From a virus, in the IMG/VR virus record IMGVR_UViG_3300040801_005040, positions 37,885 through 101,884 of that record: a stretch of 64,000 nucleotides of DNA; one strand, given 5' to 3'. The notes under the pieces are model-generated. The model ran no database searches, was not told the DNA's origin, and was given only the letters and a program-made list of their open reading frames with translations. Shown here piece by piece: positions 27,956 to 35,569 of the stretch; positions within the stretch are counted from its first letter, which is position 1, and every line of letters begins with the position of its first letter. The position numbers were made by a program, and so were the translations under genes.

Positions 27956-28462
27956 CGTATAAGTGCTAACATCGTATAAGTGCTACTACTATGACAGAAT
28001 TCAGGCTTGCAATAGCGTATAGTGCATTGATAGGATTTATGTGTATAACCTGTTGGTTATCAGACACTCACATAGGCTGGAAGATATTCTTTTCGTGCCT
28101 CTTTCTCGTATGTTTAAGGTGGATAATGGTTGCTGATAAAGAACAAACCCACTAATTTCACCCCTTTACGAATCACTCAATTTCACACAAATCATTAATA
28201 CATAGCTATAGTACATTGAAAAGAAATCACGCAGTAACGCCATTCGTGTACCATTCAATCCAGATGGTAGGCAGATGTACTATAATCATTTATCATCAAC
28301 GCTGCAGGAGAGCAGACATTGGCCAATAACAATCAATGGTAAATGAAAAACAATATTATCGTGCTGGATATAGCAGTCAAGTGATATGGCAAGTTAATGA
28401 AGATATCACCTTCGTTATGATAGATAATATTGTTTTATTACAACTTAATACATAGTCATATC

Positions 28463-28882
28463 ATGAGAGCAATAATGAAAACAATACAACTAAGTAATTG
28501 GTCATTTGATGCAGAACAAATACCAACAGATAATCCAACTCTTGAAGTATATGTAAGAAGAAATACATGGTCTTCTGATTGGGCTGATGAAGTAACTACA
28601 GAGTTAGGTGCTTTAGCAGATCTTACTTCTCGACATGGTTGGGGTAATGGCTATATCCTCATTAAAAAGGAAAACCCCCATTATGAAAAAGCATTAAAAC
28701 AAGCTAAACCTTATGGATATTATTCCATTGAAGGACAGGAGCAAGAAACTACATTTACTGAAAAAACAAAAGATGGTAATATAGTAGTTGGATTTGATAC
28801 TTGTCATATGTACAATAACTCATCTCACAATAAACAATGGGTAATTGAACAAACCCTTCAGTGGGCTAAATTATTCAAATAG
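28463..28882 (+). CDS. Phage hypothetical protein (GWGNGY...GFDT.H family)
   Basis: HGWGNGYILI and VVGFDTCH motifs; start uncertain (28463 or 28475). Confidence 0.65.
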   Translation: MRAIMKTIQLSNWSFDAEQIPTDNPTLEVYVRRNTWSSDWADEVTTELGALADLTSRHGWGNGYILIKKENPHYEKALKQAKPYGYYSIEGQEQETTFTEKTKDGNIVVGFDTCHMYNNSSHNKQWVIEQTLQWAKLFK

Positions 28883-29234
28883 TCTCTGCACTGATAGTTC
28901 TTAGTATAAAGCAGAGTACTAAGAACAGCAATATGGGAGCTTAGGATACATTAAAACCTAAGTATCAGCAGCCAATTATGTGCTGGTTGGTGCCCATCTA
29001 AAAATGTCTACCTAAGTTGCTAAAGGGAAGGCAAATGTCCAGATTATAATAGTGCCTACGCCTGTTATAATGGCAATTAATGGATGAAGAAGGGTAAAAA
29101 GCATCCCCTTTATATTTAAGCAAGGTTGAACTAGTTACTTCGCAATACCCTTTGATGAATACAATAATTGGCGTTTAGACCACTTGACCCGGGTGTTCTT
29201 CCTTGCTTTTATTTAATAGCTAAATAACTATTCT

Positions 29235-29417
29235 ATGGTACATCTTAGAGATAATTTTGATACAGACGAAGAATTTTATGGCTTTGTCCAATGGTATTCA
29301 CGAATAAGAGTTAACTATCCAGTACCAAGTATCATTCGTGATAAAGTAAGATTACGATGGATAGTAATGAAAGCAGCTAATTGTATAATTAATAATATCC
29401 CAAATGAAAACAAATAA
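29235..29417 (+). CDS. Hypothetical protein
   Basis: Short ORF with A-rich upstream region. Confidence 0.45.
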   Translation: MVHLRDNFDTDEEFYGFVQWYSRIRVNYPVPSIIRDKVRLRWIVMKAANCIINNIPNENK

Positions 29418-29685
29418 ACTTTACCTACTTATTGCTAAAATTGAGGCAATCATTATTATCTCCATACCCGTATGGATGATAATTCATTCACTAACCCTCT
29501 AAATATACTCTAATGTGGGACGAACTATTCAATAACCTCTGGTCAGACAGAGATGAAACAATTGAGGAGTCGGATGAATCACAAGACATTGTGTTTATCC
29601 ATTAATACTCATCATAATCACCTGGGTAATGTGATATTAAACTGCCCATTTTTTACTTTAATGTCTAATCTTAATACTTATCACA

Positions 29686-30006
29686 ATGGCTACAAAAGCT
29701 AACAATACCGTTACATTTAAATCCTTATTGGAAAGATCTAAAAAAGAATTGAAAGACGATAAATCAATCAGGATTGCAAAGACTGCTAAATATGCATATG
29801 ATGCTAAAATAGCTGGACTTGAAAAAGAAATCTTTATTCTTGAAGATAAGATTGAATCTCTTGTAGATAATTTTACAATTACTTCTATTGAAGGGTTTAA
29901 TGCTGATTCTTTTGTAAGGGATAGGATGGCTTTAAAAAAAGATCTTATGCTTAAGAATAAAGAGCTTGAGATTCTTAAAGCAGATGCCGAATTTTATGAT
30001 GTGTAA
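29686..30006 (+). CDS. Coiled-coil hypothetical protein
   Basis: Helical heptad pattern; conserved upstream motif. Confidence 0.65.
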   Translation: MATKANNTVTFKSLLERSKKELKDDKSIRIAKTAKYAYDAKIAGLEKEIFILEDKIESLVDNFTITSIEGFNADSFVRDRMALKKDLMLKNKELEILKADAEFYDV

Positions 30007-30008
30007 TT

Positions 30009-30512
30009 ATGGCTAACAAAGAAAGTAGGTTAAACATTTATGTTTCTCAACCTAATTCGTTATATGGCACACGTTATTCAGCAGAAGCTGATGGTTTTAT
30101 AAAGTCTTTCTTTGATCCTTTTAAAATTACTATAAATAAGCATCTTCTTGGTTCAATATATACAACTGATAAGATTGATGAGGCTAATATAGTAATAGTT
30201 TTACTTTCTGAAACTAATACTGTTGGTAGAGGTGTTTATACAGAATATAAAAGGGTTATTGATTCACTTTCGGATTCTGATAAAGAAATAAGACTTCTTT
30301 ATAAAAGAAAATCAGATGATTCCTGGGAATTTTATCATTTTACATTGCAACCTAAAGATCAAACCGATCATTGGAATAATTATGCTTATGTATGTAAAAT
30401 GGTAAATGACACTGAGTCATTTTTGCAACTTATTCATGGTTCAACATATGTTTTATCTAAAATAAAGGCAGATTCTATTTCAAATAAAGAAGATTATACT
30501 TTAATACTATAA
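30009..30512 (+). CDS. Nucleoside deoxyribosyltransferase/TIR-like flavodoxin-fold protein
   Basis: NIYVSQP...IDEANIVIVLL...VGRGVYTEY. Confidence 0.45.
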   Translation: MANKESRLNIYVSQPNSLYGTRYSAEADGFIKSFFDPFKITINKHLLGSIYTTDKIDEANIVIVLLSETNTVGRGVYTEYKRVIDSLSDSDKEIRLLYKRKSDDSWEFYHFTLQPKDQTDHWNNYAYVCKMVNDTESFLQLIHGSTYVLSKIKADSISNKEDYTLIL

Positions 30513-30611
30513 GTGGAGGTTTATAGCCCGTACTTTCCTTCCCCACTTAAAATAATATAAAAGGATATCGTGAGCATTTCTCAGTATGGTATTTATATCA
30601 TACTGGGACAT

Positions 30612-30713
30612 AACAAGGTGGCGGAATTGGTAGACGCGCGCAAAAGTAGTCGTGACTGAATAGTGGAGTGATATCTGAAGCTATCAATGCAGGTTCGAGT
30701 CCTGCCCTTGTTA
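30612..30713 (+). ncRNA. tRNA-like RNA (Leu-type D arm) lacking a recognisable anticodon arm
   Basis: Acceptor AACAAGG/CCTTGTT + A; D arm TGGCGGAATTGGTAGACGC; T arm GCAGG-TTCGAGT-CCTGC; ~50-nt centre without a 5-7-5 arm. Confidence 0.7.
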
Positions 30714-30745
30714 CTAAGTTTAATTATTAATCAAATTTAATTATT

Positions 30746-31075
30746 ATGGGAAGAGTAAATAGGTATACTCCTGAGGAGTTAAAAGTTTTACGTGAATGTC
30801 ATAGAGAATATGCAGACACGTTTGGTTATAGGTTTGCTGCAATGAAAGCAGTTGAAGAATTGGACAATGCACGTAGTTTAAATAGTGTAATATCCAAAAT
30901 GAGATCTTTTAGAAAAAAATCTAAACCTGTTAATGTCAATGAAATAGTTAATAAAATTGAGACAAAAGAACCTGAAATTGTTTTTAGTGAAAAGCGTATT
31001 GCCGTTGTAAGTTATTTCACTGAAAGAGAATTGTCACAATTAGTTCGCAATGCTGCGCTTCTTAGCATTCAGTAG
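30746..31075 (+). CDS. Putative Myb/HTH-like DNA-binding protein
   Basis: RYTPEELKVLRE...AVEELDNARSLNSVISKMR. Confidence 0.5.
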   Translation: MGRVNRYTPEELKVLRECHREYADTFGYRFAAMKAVEELDNARSLNSVISKMRSFRKKSKPVNVNEIVNKIETKEPEIVFSEKRIAVVSYFTERELSQLVRNAALLSIQ

Positions 31076-31352
31076 TAATGACCCTGATATAGGATGGAGA
31101 ATAGGAATGATTATACTCATTGCTATCGTTTATTTCATACTAAATAATCAGGATAATAAATGACGGCAAAGAACAGGCAGTACATGTTTGGGTATATGTA
31201 TTGATGAGTACTGTTATGCCCCTTAAGTCCCCACAGCTTAAGGGGCTACTGTTCTTTATATTAAAAGATTAACGGGTTAATACGTTTAGTTGGTTTGGTT
31301 AAGTTGATTGAGGCATGTGTACCCGTGTGCCTCTTAACTAAAACTGTAAGTT

Positions 31353-31916
31353 ATGAAACAGAAATTTATTGAAGGAACCAATAAACAGTATTCTATTCGT
31401 GAGGATGGTATTATAATTCGTCATTTTATTGATTATCCTAATAAGAGACGTTATGAAGATGTAGAAACAAAAGGGACTTATTACAATTCTAAAAAAGCGT
31501 ATTACTGGCACTATTATCTTAATCAAAAGAAAATTAGAAGATATTCTATTAATAAGCTTCTTAAACAATATTTTGGAATTTATCCTATTGGTTCTTCTAG
31601 TAAACTTATTATAAAAGAGAGGCATTCTCTTATATATAAAAGTTTTTATGATTACCCTGCTTCTTGTATTACAAGAGAACAGAAGAAGGCTTATAGAAAT
31701 AAAACTTCTCCTGTTAAAATAGAAGCTGTTAAAAAACGTGATAAGAAAAAAAGAAAGGAAATTTCCAGATCTTATGCAGCTGCAAAGATGCGTATAACAG
31801 TATCAGAAATGTCTGAGGAACTGTATGAATTATATAAAGCAAAGTTAAAACTCTATCGTCTAATTAAATCTAAGAAAAATGAGTACGAAAGACAGGAATT
31901 ATCGCACACTAACTGA
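31353..31916 (+). CDS. NUMOD4-like N-terminal domain protein, no HNH site visible
   Basis: KFIEGTNKQYSIREDGIIIR...YSINKLLKQYF; basic C-terminal helix. Confidence 0.5.
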   Translation: MKQKFIEGTNKQYSIREDGIIIRHFIDYPNKRRYEDVETKGTYYNSKKAYYWHYYLNQKKIRRYSINKLLKQYFGIYPIGSSSKLIIKERHSLIYKSFYDYPASCITREQKKAYRNKTSPVKIEAVKKRDKKKRKEISRSYAAAKMRITVSEMSEELYELYKAKLKLYRLIKSKKNEYERQELSHTN

Positions 31917-32079
31917 ATCTCTTTATGATGTTTTTGATGATGTCATGGAAGATTCTATTGCACTTGAAAAAGCTAATGCTTTGGTTGGTACTGCAAATGC
32001 TATTACCTCTATTCAAAGAGCTAAGATTGCAAGTACCAGGGTTACAGGAGCACAGAGATTGCGCTTTTTTGAAGATTAA
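31879..32079 (+). CDS. Hypothetical protein
   Basis: Helical hairpin; overlaps the upstream gene. Confidence 0.6.
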   Translation: MSTKDRNYRTLTESLYDVFDDVMEDSIALEKANALVGTANAITSIQRAKIASTRVTGAQRLRFFED

Positions 32080-32229
32080 ATTATAGTACTTGTCTATTCA
32101 AGTACACATAAGGCAGGCATCAAACTATCAAGAACGCTGTTGTAGACGTTACAACTAAGATTGTGAATCTAAGGCTCAGTACTGATAGATGCCTGTCTTT
32201 TTTATTGTATAATCTTAAAACATACTGTT

Positions 32230-32487
32230 ATGAGTGATGGATTTCCTAAAACATTAGTGATTAGAAATGAACCAGGAGGAATGATATGGCAAGTATATCA
32301 TGTTCAAAATAATAGTGAAGCTGATTTACTTAAATCTAATGCTGATAGAAATGGTTTTTATGGTGTTAGCCTTGAAGAATATCAACCTGAATTAAAAGAA
32401 ACTTGGCCTGATTGGAGGGAAACAGGCAAAGCTCTTGTAGAAAAGGCTAAAGAAATGGAAAAGTCATTAAAAACTAGTACACAATGA
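32230..32487 (+). CDS. Hypothetical protein
   Basis: ORF with conserved upstream motif. Confidence 0.6.
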   Translation: MSDGFPKTLVIRNEPGGMIWQVYHVQNNSEADLLKSNADRNGFYGVSLEEYQPELKETWPDWRETGKALVEKAKEMEKSLKTSTQ

Positions 32488-32687
32488 GTTATGTTGATTT
32501 TTGTGGCGCTATATTTTTTAGCGGTGTAATTGTATTTTTGATTTACCTGGCTATAGCTCTTGCAATGGAGTATTTATTTCTTGCGAATATGGATATTTTC
32601 CATGAAATATGTATTCCTATTGCTTTTTTCTTTTGGGGTTTTTTTACAAAAGAGTATTATTTAGAACTTATTGATAACGAAGATTAA
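32484..32687 (+). CDS. Small membrane protein (2 TM)
   Basis: Hydrophobic; ATGA overlap. Confidence 0.55.
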   Translation: MSYVDFCGAIFFSGVIVFLIYLAIALAMEYLFLANMDIFHEICIPIAFFFWGFFTKEYYLELIDNED

Positions 32688-32692
32688 TTAAT

Positions 32693-32980
32693 ATGAGTTA
32701 TGTTGATTTTTTAAATGAAATGAGAGAAAATGCTAACATTAAATCATATAATGTTGAGCATAAACCTAATGGTACAACTGTCGTATCAAAGATGTGTACA
32801 GTAAATGAAGAAATTTATCTTGTTACTGTTGATACTAATAAATATCATAGATGGAATTATGGGGAATGTGTACAAGATGTATTCCCCGAATTATTTCCTG
32901 AACAAAGAGAGTTTCTTATTACATCTCTTACTCCTGATGAGTGGGAAGAAGTAATGTATTTTCCTGAAGATGAAGAATAG
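32693..32980 (+). CDS. Phage hypothetical protein
   Basis: VQDVFPELFPEQREFLITSLTPDEWEE motif. Confidence 0.65.
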   Translation: MSYVDFLNEMRENANIKSYNVEHKPNGTTVVSKMCTVNEEIYLVTVDTNKYHRWNYGECVQDVFPELFPEQREFLITSLTPDEWEEVMYFPEDEE

Positions 32981-33725
32981 ATTGTTTTACGCATTTATTA
33001 CAATTGCAGTACTTATTGCTGCAAGTTGTAGCAGGGATAACCCGGAAGAGCTATTAAGGCCTGGATATCTTGTTGCCAGTATAAACTCACCTTCATATGA
33101 TAGTACAAGTAAAACTGTACCATTATGTGGAGGTGTACCTGTATATGCAGTTTATTCATTGCTTAATGAATATGGTATTTATAGGGATACTTTTGATATT
33201 GTTTTTGATAATAAAAAAGCAATGTTTAAAGGACAAATGACATTTGGAGAAGGAGAATATACTGTTGAGGATGTTTCGTTATATGATGTTAATTGGAATG
33301 TAACCCATTTGAGTTTAGATGGTACTGAATCATATAACTTATCCTTTCTGGTTAGTAAAACTGTTCCCTACCCCATAACAATAATAGCTTATGATACTGT
33401 TACTGTAAGAGATGAAGTAGTATGCTTTAATTATATAGAACCTGAAGAGCCACAAGACAATGGTGAAATAACTATTGTTGCAGCTGAATCTATTCATTTC
33501 TATGTACCTGTAAATACATGTCTTACAAGAATAGTATTATTTGTAGATGGTGAAGAAATAATAAGCACAGAAGATATGAATCCTGGGCTTCATACTTTTG
33601 CCATCCCAATAGAATTTGAATCATTTTCACTTGAAGGGTATATAGAGAATGCTCTTATACAATCATTTAGTGGTAATGATCACAGTGCAGAAAACATATA
33701 TTATTTTGCACTTAATTGTGAATAA
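32970..33725 (+). CDS. Lipoprotein (SpII signal), beta-rich
   Basis: MKNRLFYAFITIAVLIAAS|CSRDNPEE lipobox. Confidence 0.7.
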   Translation: MKNRLFYAFITIAVLIAASCSRDNPEELLRPGYLVASINSPSYDSTSKTVPLCGGVPVYAVYSLLNEYGIYRDTFDIVFDNKKAMFKGQMTFGEGEYTVEDVSLYDVNWNVTHLSLDGTESYNLSFLVSKTVPYPITIIAYDTVTVRDEVVCFNYIEPEEPQDNGEITIVAAESIHFYVPVNTCLTRIVLFVDGEEIISTEDMNPGLHTFAIPIEFESFSLEGYIENALIQSFSGNDHSAENIYYFALNCE

Positions 33726-33793
33726 TGTGTAGAGTTGATTGCTAGTCATCTTTTTAAACATTTATTCTAACATTTATTTTAACACTTAATTTT

Positions 33794-34453
33794 ATGAAAC
33801 CTTTAATCTCAGGAAGTGAAGTCTTCCAACAATTGTCCGATGATCTTAAAGCTAAGATCTCCTCTCTGCCGAAAGAGAAAGTACTTGCTGTTTATATGCG
33901 GAATACATCCACAGATGACAATAAAGTACAAGTAGAATTCGCAGAGAAAATTAACTTGAGTACACAACCTCAAAGTGCCCTTGCTGCATTTAACCCTGGT
34001 GATGAGAGATTCTCATCTGGTGCACGTCGCACCTGGATTACTGCAGACAGGGTGTATGCTGAGAATATGTTTAAGGTATCCATTAAAGATAATGAAGCAT
34101 TTGCTGAAATTGGCCAAGTGCTTAATCCTATCAATGGTGGAACACAAGAGCTGCGTATTCAAGTACGTGAATTCCTTGAGTCTGAAATGACAGACTCTCA
34201 GCGCGAGTATGCTGATAACTACCTGAAAAGGATCCCTTCTACCGGAGCATATTTCTATGCTAAAAATGGTGAAAGGGTGTGTGCAGAAACTCGCCTTGTA
34301 ATTGTCGATAGGGTATGGGATGAGATTGCCAATACATATGTATCTGGTAATCCCGGACATATCCTTATTGAGGGAGAATATAAAACTGCTACTACAACAA
34401 GTGCAGCTTCAATTCTTCAGGCTGCAGGTACCAGCCCTAAATTGGTATCCTAA
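33794..34453 (+). CDS. Hypothetical protein, possibly nucleic-acid binding
   Basis: 219-aa ORF with a long A/T leader. Confidence 0.6.
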   Translation: MKPLISGSEVFQQLSDDLKAKISSLPKEKVLAVYMRNTSTDDNKVQVEFAEKINLSTQPQSALAAFNPGDERFSSGARRTWITADRVYAENMFKVSIKDNEAFAEIGQVLNPINGGTQELRIQVREFLESEMTDSQREYADNYLKRIPSTGAYFYAKNGERVCAETRLVIVDRVWDEIANTYVSGNPGHILIEGEYKTATTTSAASILQAAGTSPKLVS

Positions 34454-34460
34454 CATTTCT

Positions 34461-34489
34461 TTTGACTAGCATTTAATTTTATATATTTG
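34461..34489 (+). promoter_or_regulatory. Bacteroidota-type promoter upstream of tmRNA (TTTG-N17-TATATTTG)
   Basis: TTTG at 34461-64, TATATTTG at 34482-89; followed by hairpin TTCCCCTC..GAGGGGAA. Confidence 0.5.
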
Positions 34490-34839
34490 TTATTCCCCTC
34501 TCAGTAAAATGGGAGGGGAATTTATGGGCCCGTATTGGCTTTGACAATGGTACAGGTTTTTCTATATTCAGCCGTGAGAGATAACACGCTAAAACTAAGG
34601 TGAATTAAGTAAATGGAGACATTTCTCAAATTCAGGCGAACATGAAAGTAGTTGATATGATTATCAATGAAGATGTTCAGGTGGCTGCGTAAACTGCCTT
34701 ATTATTTACGCTTAATTTAGGATTAGACACCCTTCAGTGGAGTTTCCTGTTTCTCTAAAAAGCAGGTGGTGGAGCAACTAGTTTTGCCCTAAGCTGTAAT
34801 AAAATATAGATTAATCATATTATTGGACGAGGGTTCGAT

Positions 34840-35508
34840 TAATTATAGTCGACTTAGAAGGTAACTTCTATGACAAAACTGGATGAATTGCTGGAAAGCT
34901 AAGTGTGAAAACATATGCCAATCAGCAGCCAAGCTTACTGGAAGAAGTAAGAAGGTTCAGAGACTAGGGATACTACGGTAAGCCCACAGCGTCCAGCTCC
35001 TATTTATAGGATGATGATATAGTCCGATACTCTTAAGAAATTAGGAGGAGAAAAAGTTATTAATTACTTTTTCTCGTTTTTGTAAAAGTTCTTTGGTGTA
35101 TTTTCCATTTCTTGGAGTTAAAGAATGTAGTTCTTTTAATAATGATATTCTGTGTACTTTTTTTGAATGTTTAGATTTTAGTTTTGATACTATTAATAAA
35201 CATTTTGGAAAATAAGTATATTTTAAATCATAATTATCAGTATGATTTTTTTCTTTAGCTTTTTTCTTAGATATAAATCCTTTTATTTTTAATTCTTTTA
35301 ATATAAAAGATTGGATATCTTCAAGTATGGATTTTTCATTATTGGAAAAATTTAATTGTACAGTTATTTCTTCATTTCTATGATTTTTAATAGCTGTAAT
35401 TGATCCATCAGCATCAAAGAACCCGGATATATAGTTCCAATTCATATTTATAATATAGTTTTGGACTAAGGTATAAATAATACCTATATCCTGCAAAAAT
35501 AACACTTG
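34840..35508 (+). mobile_element. Group I intron (IA-like, 669 nt) in the tmRNA T-loop
   Basis: P1 with U34839-G34848 wobble; P2 TAGAAG-GTAA-CTTCTA; P3 CTGGATG/CGTCCAG; P4 TTGCTG/CAGCAG; TCAGAGACTA (34957-66) with TAGTCC (35020-25) for P7; extra hairpin between P7 and P3'; P9 with GAAA loop; terminal G35508. Confidence 0.9.
35041..35445 (-). CDS. Single-motif LAGLIDADG homing endonuclease (134 aa), antisense within the intron
   Basis: MNWNYISGFFDADGSITA...LNFSNNEKSILEDIQSF..G.I...K.K; start at ATG 35445 because the longer ORF runs into the tmRNA 3' exon. Confidence 0.88.
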   Translation of the reverse strand: MNWNYISGFFDADGSITAIKNHRNEEITVQLNFSNNEKSILEDIQSFILKELKIKGFISKKKAKEKNHTDNYDLKYTYFPKCLLIVSKLKSKHSKKVHRISLLKELHSLTPRNGKYTKELLQKREKVINNFFSS

Positions 35509-35533
35509 TCCCTCCGGGTCCACTAAAACTAAC

Positions 35534-35557
35534 AAGGAGCTTCATAGCTCCTTTTTT
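35534..35557 (+). terminator. Rho-independent terminator after tmRNA
   Basis: AAGGAGC-TTCATA-GCTCCTT-TTTT. Confidence 0.8.
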
Positions 35558-35569
35558 ATTTAACTAAAA

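Larger units (their letters stand above)
34526..35522 (+). ncRNA. ssrA: tmRNA; exons 34526-34839 and 35509-35522; tag ORF 34615-34692
   Basis: Acceptor GGGCCCG/CGGGTCC-A with G3-U70; D loop TATTGGCTTTGAC; helix 2 TCTATATT/AATATAGA and CAGC/GCTG; UAAAU|GGA resume context; tag GDISQIQANMKVVDMIINEDVQVAA*; spliced T arm GAGGG-TTCGATT-CCCTC. Confidence 0.92.

Noticed and set aside
28884-28926. Twister ribozyme (CTCTGC...TAAAGCAGAG)
   Set aside because: Conserved cleavage-site and L4 pseudoknot nucleotides are not present
31168-31257. Hammerhead ribozyme (TTGATGA in a three-way junction)
   Set aside because: No CUGANGA/GAAA/UH core in the required arrangement
31353-31916. Active HNH homing endonuclease
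   Set aside because: NUMOD4-like start is present but no H-N-H catalytic residues follow
35446-35535. 164-aa version of the LAGLIDADG ORF from the ORF track
   Set aside because: The extension overlaps the tmRNA 3' exon and intron end; the motif normally lies a few residues from the N-terminus, favouring ATG 35445
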